Shown here: piece by piece, positions 21,260-32,047 of the stretch
Position numbering within the stretch: the stretch's first letter is position 1
Layout of the letters: the number at the start of each line of letters is the position of its first letter
Program-made: the position numbers and the translations under genes
Notes under the pieces: model-generated
Databases searched by the model: none
Seen by the model: the letters and a program-made list of their open reading frames with translations, nothing else
Told to the model about the DNA's origin: nothing
Origin: a virus
Reading direction: 5' to 3' (one strand)
IMG/VR virus record: IMGVR_UViG_3300010354_000044
Location: 1-64,000 of that record
DNA length: 64,000 bases

Positions 21260-21982
21260 TTAAGCTACCGCCCAGCCTGGTTGTCCGTTATTAATTGGAT
21301 TCAGAGTAGGTCTTGCCGAGTCACCTTCATAAGAGCCGTAAACCCGTAGGTTACCCTCAGAGTCGCCAAGAGTTGTCCCTGCATAGACAGAGCTTTGGTC
21401 AATATAGGTAATACCTTCAGCTAGCCCTTCCCATCGCACAGCAATCACAGAACGACCCGCCATTGCGCCAATCGTCATGCTATCTACCTTACAGTAGCTA
21501 AGCCGGTACTGACCTGTACTATGCCGACGATTAGCAAAAGTTTGATTGGTAATTAGTTCTCCCAAAGCGGAGTTTCGCATGCTAGATTCACTTACAGTTA
21601 AGCCACGCTCATCTAGCTCAGGAGCATTCAAGTCAAATGTGATTAGAAAACGGGGGGAGCGGGAAATCCGCATTTCCCGTCGGATGTCGTCGAATCCAAA
21701 GGTCTGCTGAATTACCCGAGTATCTAGGAGGCCCCGCTCCAAAACCCAACCAAACTGGAATTCACCATCCAGCATACGAGGTACACGCTGGTTAAATTCC
21801 ATGTAAGGCTCTGTCGCATTGCGGACAGTTAACTGAATGGAGGTAAATCGGCCTACGTGGACTTGGTTGCCGGTGGCTTGGTCCACCATCCAGACATCAG
21901 CGTCAAAGCCCTGTAAAGGGTCTCTAATTGCATTATTAACGGCGGCGCCGTTAGCGGAATCTACAGTCTTGTATAAAGCCAT
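21260..21982 (-). CDS. Tail tube protein
   Basis: 240 aa directly downstream of sheath; beta-rich tube-like pattern. Confidence 0.7.
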   Translation of the reverse strand: MALYKTVDSANGAAVNNAIRDPLQGFDADVWMVDQATGNQVHVGRFTSIQLTVRNATEPYMEFNQRVPRMLDGEFQFGWVLERGLLDTRVIQQTFGFDDIRREMRISRSPRFLITFDLNAPELDERGLTVSESSMRNSALGELITNQTFANRRHSTGQYRLSYCKVDSMTIGAMAGRSVIAVRWEGLAEGITYIDQSSVYAGTTLGDSEGNLRVYGSYEGDSARPTLNPINNGQPGWAVA

Positions 21983-21998
21983 TGTCTCTTAGCTCAAA

Positions 21999-24900
21999 TT
22001 ATAAGGTTTGGATAGATAGACTATCTTCAATTTCACGAGTTACATTTACACGAATGTAATCAGCAGGGAATACCGGCGTGTAGAAGATTGCAATATTTAG
22101 AACGCCTTGAGCTACTGTATTTGAAGGATTATTAGACTCGTTACAAAGGGTAGGTCTATAAGCAATAATCCGCTCTTCTCTTTGTAGGTTTTGAAGATAA
22201 GCATCTACAGCGGAGGCTACTCGGCTGCGCAATCCTTCTGTATTCCGGTTTGACCGAACCCAGATAAGGTTACTGTATAGATCATGTAGAATCTGGTCGC
22301 CCATGCGGCGGATAGATACATAGCGATCGTTGTATAAGGACGTGGTACTAATCCCATTTAGGAACTTGAATGTTCTCAGGCCCGCGTCATAATACAAAAC
22401 CTCGGCTCTGGCTCGGGTTACCGCATCCAAATAAGTAGTCGTGGTAGGGGTATCTACAGAAATAACACCATTAGGAATCATCCCTTCCCCTGCGGCTGCT
22501 GGGGAGATTTCTGGATTCTTACTTGCTAGCAGTCCTACATAAAGACCAGCTGCTGGGGTATTGTTAAATCCAGGAACCCCTTGCATTGTAATGTGGCCGC
22601 CAATTAGTACAACCCTAGGGTTATCTAGACCAGCGGCTAATACTTGAGCCTGACTCTCAGATAGATTTTGAGGCGCCTGAATAACGGCAGTACGAAGTCC
22701 CGTCATTACATTGGCGCGGTTAACCTGCCCAACCATTTCTTCTACTACAGAAGAGTAGTTTTGGTCTCCTGCTGTAAAGCCAGCGCAGTATAGCAAGGAA
22801 ATATCTTCTGATTCCAGAGCTTGTACCGCTTGTCTTAGGATAACAGCACGTTCTGCAGAGGATAGACTAGAGATGCTAGCATCACTGCCTCCCTCCAGAT
22901 AAACATTCTGTAAGTAAGGAGAGCCTACAGCTCCTTGGGCATAGACGGGTAAACTGTACGAGGCGGTAGAGCTAGACGCTACATTCAATACAGGGATTCG
23001 GTCGCCGTAAGAGGGTGCTTGCCTCATAGGTACCTTATCCAGCTCGGCTTCCGTGAGTATCTGCCCAGCAACTACAGGAAGATAGAAGACTCGGATTAGC
23101 CGGCTGTTAGCCGAGGCGTTAAATAAACCATTGGTGGCTACGTCCCGGGTGGATAAAGTTAAGGTCTCAGACGTGGGGGTGCTCAGGTAATCTCCACTAT
23201 CCTCGTCTACAACAAACAGCGTAAACTGACCGTTTGCTTGCGGTGTAAGAGTAACCTTTAGCTTATTGCCATACACCCCATCAGACAGAGCTAGGACACG
23301 GATTAGAGCATCCGAATCAATAGAGTAGAAGTCTTTAAAAGCTGGTCTAGATCCAACCGTGGCCCCTGCAAACGTTTTGATAGACGTAGATAGCCAGTTG
23401 GTATTAGAATCTGGTAGGTTCGTAGCATTCAATAGAAAGTCTTCGGCTACCACACTACCAGTAGTGCCCGAGACCTGCCTAGTCAATACAGCTTTTAGGC
23501 GGTTTGCGTCCGAACCGGTATAGTTGGATTTTAGGGTTAGGCTGGGAGGGTTTAAAGTGACTGACAGCTCTGGTTCCGCCAACATGCCTAGCATGTTAAC
23601 ATCAGCCTCAATCGCGGCTTTCAATTGGCTTAAAATCTGACCGGCCCCAGTACCTACACTAAAGTTACTCTGGCCTGCGACTGAACCGATACCAACTGAA
23701 GCGTAGGCTACAGGCACCCGAAAGGTACCGCCCAGAAGGAACGCAATCTTGTTGGAACTTTCAATGCCTGGTAGGTCTACAGTAATACCAGAAGGGATAG
23801 CAAAAATAACACCATCACTGCGCTCGAACAGTAATTGATGGTTAAAATTATCTTGCTTAACAGCTTCATCTGAAACTACATAAGAATCTACAACCGCCGA
23901 ACGTAAATCGGATTCAAATTGTGTTTGCAAATAGCTGTAGGTCATAGGGTCACTTAGTACCCCTTGGCTGTTGGCAGGAATATTACCGCTTAGAGTCCCG
24001 TTAACTGTTACATTGCTCGCGCTAGCTGCAGCTTGGGTCCCTACTACAAAATACCCGTTAACCCCAAAATCAATAATAAACCCACGGTCTACACGGTAAG
24101 GCAAGGATGTTAGTTGAATAGAAGTAGCGCCATTGGTGTGCGCACTATTACCGGTAGTGACCGTTGAGTTAGCTTTTTTCTTGTACTGAGGTAAAGACCC
24201 AGAATTTACCCTGAATGTTGAAGAAAATACATACTTATTAGTAGCCACCTCGTACAGACTAACAGGGGCGTTAGAAAGAGCTGCCGAGATATTACCCTGC
24301 ACTAAGAATCTGACCATCGTAGGACTAGTGGGGTCCTGGCTGGCGTTAGATAGAACTACCAAGGGCTTCCCAGTGCTGGGGTTAAAAGCAGTGGCAGAAT
24401 TAGAGTAGATTAACCGCCCGGGCTTTAAGTTAGAGATGAAAGCTTGGTTAGCCGTAAGGGTCTGGTCCGCCTGTACCCACTGGATCTGAGCCTCTAAAGC
24501 AGGAGTTCCGCCGGTTTCCGGTACGTAGGTTTGAGGAGCTGTGACCAGGGCATTAGTAGTAATTACAGGCTCTACAGTCGGCTGAGTATTTTGTAAGATG
24601 GTTACCGTAGGGGTTGCAGAGGTCAATAAACCACTGAGGGCAACCGAAGTGTTAGAGCGTAAAGCATCGTTTACGAGCTTAAAGGTGGCGTTAGGAAAGT
24701 ACAGGTAAGAGCCGGCCCCTAGGTTAGTTGCTAGACTGGTGACCGTTAACGTCTTAACTTGTACGGCGGAGACAGTACCAGCTTCTAACGTGCCAGGGTT
24801 CTTAGATACAGTAGCCGTTACAGCAGGGGTTATAGCTGTAATCGTGACCTGCATGTTGTTGCTAGAGACTGAGTAAATCTCATTAACAGCAGGAGTAGCT

Positions 24901-25550
24901 CCCTGTGGGTTAGTTAAGGTTAGGGTCTGGTTTAACGCATAGGTTGTAGTTGAAGCTACGTCAAAAGAAATAGTCTTAGATACGTTAGATACCGGCGCAG
25001 CTACGGTTACTTGAACGCTGCTTTGCAGATAATCCTCTACAACATATTCAAATAAACCTAGGCCTGTATAATCAATAGAGGTAGGTAAAGCAGAGGCCGC
25101 AGATACCGAAAATGTACCTGCTGCCCTAGTAGACTCAATAGCTTCGCCAACATAACGAATGTCAAGCTTAAGTCCAGTTGTTTGAACCTGCGCGCCGTTG
25201 TTAAATTGTTGAATATTCCCACTGTAGCCTACACGAGCTTCGTTCGTAGGTAGCAGGCTGGAGAGACTGATTTTATAACTAGATTCAGTAGATTGAGGAG
25301 TAGCCCTAGAAATAATTAAATCAGTGGCCCCTTGTAGAATCGCTTGTCTTACGGCTACAGCCCCGGGAGAGTTATCATCTCCATAGAGATAAGCCGCGTC
25401 TTGGCGGTTGGTAACCCGAGTAGCTCCTCTAGGGCCCCGTCGGAACACACCAGCAACCCCAATCCGATTGCGGTATGTAGTAGTAAAAGGAATAGGCCCT
25501 ACAAGCGTTTCACTAAAAGAAACATTAGGAAAAGAGAATTGCTGCGCCAT
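21999..25550 (-). CDS. Contractile tail sheath protein
   Basis: N-terminal FPNVSFSE...GVAGVFRRGP; C-terminal YVSIRR...ESNNP...GVLNIAIFYTPVFPADYI. Confidence 0.92.
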   Translation of the reverse strand: MAQQFSFPNVSFSETLVGPIPFTTTYRNRIGVAGVFRRGPRGATRVTNRQDAAYLYGDDNSPGAVAVRQAILQGATDLIISRATPQSTESSYKISLSSLLPTNEARVGYSGNIQQFNNGAQVQTTGLKLDIRYVGEAIESTRAAGTFSVSAASALPTSIDYTGLGLFEYVVEDYLQSSVQVTVAAPVSNVSKTISFDVASTTTYALNQTLTLTNPQGATPAVNEIYSVSSNNMQVTITAITPAVTATVSKNPGTLEAGTVSAVQVKTLTVTSLATNLGAGSYLYFPNATFKLVNDALRSNTSVALSGLLTSATPTVTILQNTQPTVEPVITTNALVTAPQTYVPETGGTPALEAQIQWVQADQTLTANQAFISNLKPGRLIYSNSATAFNPSTGKPLVVLSNASQDPTSPTMVRFLVQGNISAALSNAPVSLYEVATNKYVFSSTFRVNSGSLPQYKKKANSTVTTGNSAHTNGATSIQLTSLPYRVDRGFIIDFGVNGYFVVGTQAAASASNVTVNGTLSGNIPANSQGVLSDPMTYSYLQTQFESDLRSAVVDSYVVSDEAVKQDNFNHQLLFERSDGVIFAIPSGITVDLPGIESSNKIAFLLGGTFRVPVAYASVGIGSVAGQSNFSVGTGAGQILSQLKAAIEADVNMLGMLAEPELSVTLNPPSLTLKSNYTGSDANRLKAVLTRQVSGTTGSVVAEDFLLNATNLPDSNTNWLSTSIKTFAGATVGSRPAFKDFYSIDSDALIRVLALSDGVYGNKLKVTLTPQANGQFTLFVVDEDSGDYLSTPTSETLTLSTRDVATNGLFNASANSRLIRVFYLPVVAGQILTEAELDKVPMRQAPSYGDRIPVLNVASSSTASYSLPVYAQGAVGSPYLQNVYLEGGSDASISSLSSAERAVILRQAVQALESEDISLLYCAGFTAGDQNYSSVVEEMVGQVNRANVMTGLRTAVIQAPQNLSESQAQVLAAGLDNPRVVLIGGHITMQGVPGFNNTPAAGLYVGLLASKNPEISPAAAGEGMIPNGVISVDTPTTTTYLDAVTRARAEVLYYDAGLRTFKFLNGISTTSLYNDRYVSIRRMGDQILHDLYSNLIWVRSNRNTEGLRSRVASAVDAYLQNLQREERIIAYRPTLCNESNNPSNTVAQGVLNIAIFYTPVFPADYIRVNVTREIEDSLSIQTL

Positions 25551-25616
25551 GGTGTGGAGTTTTAGGTTAGTACCTGTATAGCAAAGTAAATCTGATTATG
25601 ACTGTTCAATATTTAG

Positions 25617-26540
25617 CTACCCTATTGAGGCCGTAATAGTTACCGAAGAAATTGCTGAGTGGTAAAGCCTAATAGGGTCTTGTAATGTAGTTGTAGCCGA
25701 GACATAAGACTTGGTAGTATGCAATATAGCTTCAGGGCTGACCAATAATTCATAATTATTTGGGTCTTCCACATCCAACTCAGGATTTTTATAGGTATCC
25801 AGAGTTTTAATAAACTCTACTAAATAAAACTCGTTTAAGTCCCTAGCTTGATTTGTCTGATAAATATCAAACTCAACAGCTATGTGAGCCCGATGAAACA
25901 GTAGGTTCTGACCCTCCGTTTGGGATATAGTGTCAGAGCTTGGGTAGTTAGTGTATAAAATACTAGGGTTTCTTAGTCCATAAGGTAAAAAGACCTGTTG
26001 GTCCTTAATTACCATACGAAGCAGGGTCATATAGTCTCTCAGAATTTCCTCGGCTGGAACTATATAAAGCTCTACCGATTGATTGCTATTTACTAAAGGG
26101 TCCTGCGTTGCTGTTTCAATATGGCTTATGTTGTAACCCTGGGGTAATTCAGTATTCGGCACTAAGTAATACTCTACTTGTACCGGTATATCAAACGAAG
26201 ATTCAGTTAGTAAAGCTTCTATAGTTAGGCGAAACTTTAGTCTATCTAAGTACTCGCCAGGTTCCGGCCTCCCTAAGGTATAGTGCTCGTGCTCAATAGC
26301 ATTTCTAGACTCATTAGTACTCCCTCCTGTTGGATATACCGAAATGGTTAGGCCTTGTTCGGGTAATTCCAAACCTGCATAAGTTCTGAATTTTCTTATA
26401 AATATCTGCTCAGGCTCTGCCCCGACTGGGGTTGCTGGATTAAAAACCGGTGGGTTTTGGATAAGAGGGTGCGCCTGTATAGCTAGCGCAACCGCTAGGC
26501 AGACTTGCCTATCTGTCGGGTAGTAACGCCTTACCGCCAT
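25617..26540 (-). CDS. Putative tail completion/terminator protein
   Basis: Position just upstream of sheath. Confidence 0.5.
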   Translation of the reverse strand: MAVRRYYPTDRQVCLAVALAIQAHPLIQNPPVFNPATPVGAEPEQIFIRKFRTYAGLELPEQGLTISVYPTGGSTNESRNAIEHEHYTLGRPEPGEYLDRLKFRLTIEALLTESSFDIPVQVEYYLVPNTELPQGYNISHIETATQDPLVNSNQSVELYIVPAEEILRDYMTLLRMVIKDQQVFLPYGLRNPSILYTNYPSSDTISQTEGQNLLFHRAHIAVEFDIYQTNQARDLNEFYLVEFIKTLDTYKNPELDVEDPNNYELLVSPEAILHTTKSYVSATTTLQDPIRLYHSAISSVTITASIG

Positions 26541-26548
26541 AATACCCT

Positions 26549-28126
26549 CTAGTAAAAGTAAGTTTGGTCGTGTAATTCCTGGAAGTGGCGGTTAGCATCG
26601 TTTAATTCGTCTAGTAACCTAGAGCGCGCAAAACCGACCATCTTAGGGGTCCCACTTAAGTCCAGCTGATTCTCATTAGTCGGCGTTACACTCAGCTCAT
26701 ACGTTGATTTTACCTTGACGGACCTGGCCCTATTGGAGTACAGGGAATAGGTCTGACTATAATCGCCCAGGGAGATTAGTAAGTCGTTAGGTACGCTCAG
26801 AATATCAAGGATTAGTGTAATCTGCGGGTTGGTAACAGACCAAGCAAAAAGCTCTACTACTGCAATTGGATCGTCAACGCTTGGAGGGTCATTCCTAACA
26901 ATTGCCGCAACCATGTAACTTGAATCTTTATTTGCCGTAATTGTATTAACTAAAGATTCTGCGAACTGAGCTGGCCTAGATTTATCCAAAACAGTTTGCT
27001 CTGCGCCTGTTAGTCTGTTAAACGTCGTAGTGATTGCAGCGTCTGATGTTACTGGGAATCGGATTGTATAGTTAGACGCACCTGGGGGTGTAATAGTTGT
27101 ATCTCGTTTTATATACAGAATTACGGGCGATTTTGTGCTCTCGGCGTCTCCTACGCGGCTAGATACAAAGTAATTCGAGCGGACTAATAAAAGAATACTA
27201 TTTAAAGGGTAAGTACTCAGATTACTTGAATCAACACCCCACCTAAACGGCAGTTGGAGGGTACTGTAGCCAGCGTTGGTAGAGGATTTAAACTGAATCG
27301 TCACCAGGTACGCTGTTCTATCCGCGACCGCTGTACGAGGACTAAGTTCTAAATAATGGGTACTCTCTTCACCCGATAATACCGGGGCAGCTAGGATATT
27401 AACAGTAGTATCTGTTAAAGAGGCTTCATTAACTTTGTCGGCAATGTCATTAACAATCCTGGCCGTAGATAAGCTACCAGCGCTATACACAATTGGCGTT
27501 AATGTTACAGCGGTGCCTGGAAAGCTCACATAGAGATATAGTGTATTGGTTAATGTAAAGCTTAGCTGTTCAAAGTAGAGCTGCCCTTTGACTTCAGACT
27601 CATCCGTTGTAGGAGAGGGCTCGCTTGTATTGATAGTAGCAACATCTATCAATAGTTTCAGCTCAGCCATAGCCTTATCTTTTAAGGCTTCTGCATGGTT
27701 TAACTGTTCCTTTAGGGTGGCATAGGCAGATATTAATTCTGCCGCCGCTAGAGCAGAGCTTATACGCCGGATACCTTCAGCAAATTTATTTCGCTCCTCA
27801 TTTAACAGGTTGCCGCTCGGGGGCGAGAACATAAATTTCTTGACATCAGCCGTATTAGGGTAACGCCAGCTGCCGTCACTGTTTTTTGCCGTACTAATAA
27901 TAAGAGCTATTTCTGGGTCGGCATGGTCAGTGATAGCATAATATACCTCTTTGACCGCTGTGTTTTTTAGCAATACAGAGAACCGCCGCACCATCCTAGC
28001 CATGTTGGCTAACTCCGGCGAGGCGGTTATCATTTGCTGGTCCGTAGCGTTTTCTATCCCTGCATTTTCAATAGCCGTAAATGCAGCGTTATTAAAAGAG
28101 AAGCGGTCTCCAAAGGAAAATTGCAT
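26549..28126 (-). CDS. Putative neck / head-tail adaptor protein
   Basis: Position between head and tail genes; helical N-terminus (IRRISSALAAAELI...AMAELK) resembles gp36-type adaptors. Confidence 0.5.
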   Translation of the reverse strand: MQFSFGDRFSFNNAAFTAIENAGIENATDQQMITASPELANMARMVRRFSVLLKNTAVKEVYYAITDHADPEIALIISTAKNSDGSWRYPNTADVKKFMFSPPSGNLLNEERNKFAEGIRRISSALAAAELISAYATLKEQLNHAEALKDKAMAELKLLIDVATINTSEPSPTTDESEVKGQLYFEQLSFTLTNTLYLYVSFPGTAVTLTPIVYSAGSLSTARIVNDIADKVNEASLTDTTVNILAAPVLSGEESTHYLELSPRTAVADRTAYLVTIQFKSSTNAGYSTLQLPFRWGVDSSNLSTYPLNSILLLVRSNYFVSSRVGDAESTKSPVILYIKRDTTITPPGASNYTIRFPVTSDAAITTTFNRLTGAEQTVLDKSRPAQFAESLVNTITANKDSSYMVAAIVRNDPPSVDDPIAVVELFAWSVTNPQITLILDILSVPNDLLISLGDYSQTYSLYSNRARSVKVKSTYELSVTPTNENQLDLSGTPKMVGFARSRLLDELNDANRHFQELHDQTYFY

Positions 28127-28145
28127 TAACGTCCATTAAGCAAAC

Positions 28146-28598
28146 TTAGGCGTCTTTAGCGTATACGGCTAGAATGCGATCGCACTCTGTAACAACAGAC
28201 TTGTACTGCGAGAATTTTTCTTTAACTGCTTTGACCTTAGCTAGGTCTGGTGGAATTGTCTCCTCCAAGTCTAGGACGTAGGATTTAACAGTACTGTGGT
28301 GCGCGTCATCGCTTAATGGCAGGATGACGACATCAGTTTTGTTCTCCGCCTGTAGGGTACTGTCAATTTGAAGCTCAGCGACTACTTTAGTTTCTTCACT
28401 AGGCTCCACAACCGCTGTCTCTACATTCTCCGCGTTATCATAACGCCGATGGCTGTAAAACGACGAAGCGTATTGAGTTAGTAAGCGTTCTGCTTCCATA
28501 TCCGGCACATCACGAAGGACATCACCGGTGTAATATGTTTTATAGCCGCCTGATTTCAGCGGTACTGAAACATTTCCTTTGCAAATTAAAATATACAT
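28146..28598 (-). CDS. Hypothetical protein
   Basis: 150-aa ORF after the capsid genes (Y..GDVL...EAERLL). Confidence 0.55.
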   Translation of the reverse strand: MYILICKGNVSVPLKSGGYKTYYTGDVLRDVPDMEAERLLTQYASSFYSHRRYDNAENVETAVVEPSEETKVVAELQIDSTLQAENKTDVVILPLSDDAHHSTVKSYVLDLEETIPPDLAKVKAVKEKFSQYKSVVTECDRILAVYAKDA

Positions 28599-28621
28599 AC
28601 ATACACTAAAAAAGTTATGAG

Positions 28622-28646
28622 TAGGGGCTGTTGTAAGCAGCCCCTA
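28622..28646 (-). terminator. Stem-loop after the capsid decoration gene
   Basis: TAGGGGCTG/CAGCCCCTA inverted repeat; T-run about 8 nt downstream on the minus strand. Confidence 0.5.
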
Positions 28647-28652
28647 TTAAGC

Positions 28653-29318
28653 CTAAACAGGCGCGGTAACTTCGTCGTAAGTAATAGTGCTGGTGACAGA
28701 TGCCCCGTTAGCCGCTACCGTTACTACATAAGTAGCAAACTTGAATGCGGCGTCATATCGCACATAATGGTCAGCGGGCTGGGAGACAAAGGGTACAGAG
28801 GCCGTCTTGTTATAGACCATCTTATCGGTTTCAAAGCCGATAGTAGCTGCGGTAATTTCGTTATGAATTAGATTACCGTAGTCTTCGGTCGGTGGATCAA
28901 AAATAGGATCGTGAACAGCCCAAGCACTATTAGCGTATTTATAGAAGTTTACTAATTTAAAGTAGTCTCCCATATCAGTACAGTACAGGCGGTAGTTTCC
29001 AGTACCTCCAGCAGGAGCGCTGGAGGGGACTGAAGTTACTACAGCATTCAGGTAGGTGGGCTTTACGAATAACTCGTAGGTATAAGTTGTGCTATTTGCC
29101 AGACCAGTACGGGTAACATTGCCGGAAGCAATGCTATACTGCTTCCCATCTAGCCGGACGACGCCAGCTGCATATGGAATCGTCAGTGTACCGGTAGCAA
29201 TAGTCGCGTTAGATAACGCTAGGCCGGATACAATCCCGCCATAAGGGTAGGTACGCATCCCACCGCGCAATGCCTGCGGGAAGCGATCAAAATCAAATTG
29301 TTGGCCAACGCCGGGCAT
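28653..29318 (-). CDS. Putative capsid decoration / minor head protein
   Basis: Directly downstream of the major capsid gene, with similar codon style. Confidence 0.55.
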   Translation of the reverse strand: MPGVGQQFDFDRFPQALRGGMRTYPYGGIVSGLALSNATIATGTLTIPYAAGVVRLDGKQYSIASGNVTRTGLANSTTYTYELFVKPTYLNAVVTSVPSSAPAGGTGNYRLYCTDMGDYFKLVNFYKYANSAWAVHDPIFDPPTEDYGNLIHNEITAATIGFETDKMVYNKTASVPFVSQPADHYVRYDAAFKFATYVVTVAANGASVTSTITYDEVTAPV

Positions 29319-29352
29319 AATCTTTCCTTCAACTTTACGCGGTAAATAATGC

Positions 29353-29376
29353 AGCGGGGGTATTGATACCCCCGCT
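29353..29376 (-). terminator. Stem-loop 3' of the major capsid gene (terminator or mRNA stabiliser)
   Basis: AGCGGGGGTA-TTGA-TACCCCCGCT perfect 10-bp stem. Confidence 0.5.
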
Positions 29377-29384
29377 TAGGGTCC

Positions 29385-30731
29385 TTAGAAGGTGCCGTAA
29401 CCTTCCATAGATTTGATGACCAGGGTGTCGCTGAGTTCTTCAGGCTCACAGACAGTAAGAATAGAAATCCACTCAGGATACTTAGCAAAGGGCAAGAAGC
29501 TATCACCCATCTGCATGGTCCGACCGGGAGGAGACGGAGGTTGTTGGTCAGGGCCAGTCCGCATCCACAAACCAGGAGAGCCGTCTGGAGATTCAGCTAC
29601 GCAGTGGTGGGTAAGGCCCAGGGTTTCCGACGCATCCAAGTAATGCCGAGGGGCAATTAAAGCTACCTTGTTAGCAGGCCAGTAGTTAGTGATTTCGTTG
29701 GTTTGAGGATGACGGAATAGGCCGTCCAGCACTCGGATGCGGACACCAGCGATGGCTTGAATATCCCCGCCGGGCCCATAGGAGATAAACTGAGGACTGG
29801 CTTGAGCGCCTACACCCGAGACGGTTAGTTGACGACCGCCATCACCGGTACCACCGGTCATGGGGTAGTTACCAAAGAGCCCCAGTTGGCCACTGTAAGC
29901 CTTAACGTACTCATTCTCCATTAGGACGGTGTAGAGCTCAGAGCTCATCACCATTTCGGTGAACTGATTCTTATTAGTCTTCCAAAGGAAATGCTTAATA
30001 AAACGCAGGCAGCGAACAATGTCAGCTTGGGGATGCGTCCAGGGAACCCCTACGCGATTCTGCGCGTCCGCGAACAGAATAGCTTCCTTACGTCCTTTGT
30101 CATTAATAAGAGCCTTCGCAGCTGTATAGTTAGTTCCAGGAACAGCAGCGTTAGCAGCTAAGGTCTCAGAGTAGCCATCATAGCTAAACAGGTTATGAGT
30201 AGGAATATGGGTAGAGACGTCAATGCTCTGCCGAGTACGGGGGTCAGTGTAGTTAATACGGCCAAGCAGAACCTGGGCCCGGAAAAAGTCCATTGTCCGC
30301 TTATGATAGTTAATCATTTTACGGACACGGTCAGCCACAATCTGCTCGGGCCGATACTGCTCGTTGTAGGTGCCGGCGCGGCGTAGTTGGTTGATAAGCC
30401 CTTGGTCTAGAAAATCGTCCATACGGACGATAGCTGGGCTTACTTGACGCCGACGGATACGTTCGTTTTCAGTGAAATTCCCGGCAGGGACGCCAAATCG
30501 GACGATAGGCATAATCCCGAGACCTTCTACCATCTGTTCAATGGTAATCGTCCGCTCAGGGATATCTTGAGATGGGAAAATATCATCTAGAGAGCCTACC
30601 TCAATTTGCTCATAAGAGCGGGCAAGCATGGTTAGGTTAAGTGAACCGAGCGCTGTTACATCACCGATGTATTCATAATTACTCGATGAAGGAACAAGTT
30701 CAGGGTGCTGGGGTTTAGTGGGTAAGGGCAT
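29385..30731 (-). CDS. Major capsid protein (HK97 fold, lambda E-like)
   Basis: LDDIFPS...GIMPIVRFG...AQVL.G.I.Y...W....ADI...YWPANKV...LP pattern; follows the protease gene. Confidence 0.85.
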   Translation of the reverse strand: MPLPTKPQHPELVPSSSNYEYIGDVTALGSLNLTMLARSYEQIEVGSLDDIFPSQDIPERTITIEQMVEGLGIMPIVRFGVPAGNFTENERIRRRQVSPAIVRMDDFLDQGLINQLRRAGTYNEQYRPEQIVADRVRKMINYHKRTMDFFRAQVLLGRINYTDPRTRQSIDVSTHIPTHNLFSYDGYSETLAANAAVPGTNYTAAKALINDKGRKEAILFADAQNRVGVPWTHPQADIVRCLRFIKHFLWKTNKNQFTEMVMSSELYTVLMENEYVKAYSGQLGLFGNYPMTGGTGDGGRQLTVSGVGAQASPQFISYGPGGDIQAIAGVRIRVLDGLFRHPQTNEITNYWPANKVALIAPRHYLDASETLGLTHHCVAESPDGSPGLWMRTGPDQQPPSPPGRTMQMGDSFLPFAKYPEWISILTVCEPEELSDTLVIKSMEGYGTF

Positions 30732-30751
30732 AAAATTAAATCAAACCTGTA

Positions 30752-32044
30752 TTAATAAACCTGAGCGGAACGAGCTGCACGTTGTTCCAACACGGACTTG
30801 TTTCTCATAAGGAGGGACTGATAGGGGTTATCGTCGGAATATTCCTGACGATTACTATCCTCTGCATTCTGCGCGGACGTGTTATCTTCCTGAGAACCTT
30901 GCTGATTAGTTAACAGCTGTGTGTACTGATCCGATAGCTCTGTAAGTGCGGTAAAAATAAGGGCCTCTTGCTCTGCAGGTAGCCCTGATTCCAACATGGG
31001 CCGGAAGGACGCCTTCACAGACTCAGACAGATTCAAGACCTCTAGACGCCCCAGTTTCTGATTTAAGCGTTGCGCTTCCAGCTGCTTGGTCGCTTCATCT
31101 GCGGCTCGCTTGGCTTTTTCAGTTTCAATACGTTGTGATTCTACTTGCTGCGCCAACATAATGAACTGTTCAGCCAACGACTGTACCTCAGTGGGCGGTT
31201 GAGGAGTGGCTGTAGCGTTCTGAGGCGCAGGAGTAGGAGATGAGTTTTGCGTAATTGAGTCGGTCATACTTTGATTAAAATCTCCAGTCTGTAGTAATGG
31301 AATCAGAAAATGTGTGCGGGTGTCTGTCCAACTTGAAAACATTTCGGTAAGCGCTTTAACCTTGGGCATTCTTGTTAGAAAAGGCCGGTTAGTTAAAGCG
31401 CACCCTACTAGCAAAGTACCAATAGGTTCTCCGCTTTCTTTAGATACGGCATTACGGACTACTTCAGCAGAGCTATACCGGTAGGATTCATTCTGAACCT
31501 CTGTATAAGCTTCAGCTCTTACATCAAATTCTCCATATAGTACGTCCTCATCTTCGTAAAGCGAAGTAAGGAAACCAACAGCAGGTGCGCTACCTGGAGC
31601 CTCAGACTCAAGGGGATGGCCATAGAATAACGGGGGTTCAAAACCACTGACATTCTCCTCAAAGTTTCGTATCATTTGTGCAAAATCTTGCTGAGTAAAT
31701 TCAACATCCCCGTATTGCGGATGTTGCCAACTACCCAGCACGGCAATAGGCACCCTGAGTTTAAACTTAGTTCCTAGAACAGGACCACTTTCTAGTTTAA
31801 ACTCATCTGATAATTCAATGTTTATATTACGCTGATCTGGGTCCGAATAACTTTCAGCAGAGCCCTCAAAATCTTCAAGGTCCTCCGCCCCATCTTCTAA
31901 ACCTAAATCTTCCAGATCTTCAATATCTTCTCGGGCGATTGCTTCAAGCTCTTCTGCTGTTGGGCCTTCCAAATCCTCTAGGTTAGTAAAGAGGTTGTCT
32001 AGCTCTTCATCAAAAGCCGCATCAATTTCAAATTCTGTTAGCAT
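30752..32044 (-). CDS. Prohead protease/scaffold (Mu gpI-like)
   Basis: GSWQHPQYG, FYGH, PAVG, YRYSSAE, GCALTNRPFL; coiled-coil scaffold-like C-terminus; very acidic N-terminus. Confidence 0.85.
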   Translation of the reverse strand: MLTEFEIDAAFDEELDNLFTNLEDLEGPTAEELEAIAREDIEDLEDLGLEDGAEDLEDFEGSAESYSDPDQRNINIELSDEFKLESGPVLGTKFKLRVPIAVLGSWQHPQYGDVEFTQQDFAQMIRNFEENVSGFEPPLFYGHPLESEAPGSAPAVGFLTSLYEDEDVLYGEFDVRAEAYTEVQNESYRYSSAEVVRNAVSKESGEPIGTLLVGCALTNRPFLTRMPKVKALTEMFSSWTDTRTHFLIPLLQTGDFNQSMTDSITQNSSPTPAPQNATATPQPPTEVQSLAEQFIMLAQQVESQRIETEKAKRAADEATKQLEAQRLNQKLGRLEVLNLSESVKASFRPMLESGLPAEQEALIFTALTELSDQYTQLLTNQQGSQEDNTSAQNAEDSNRQEYSDDNPYQSLLMRNKSVLEQRAARSAQVY

Positions 32045-32047
32045 AAT

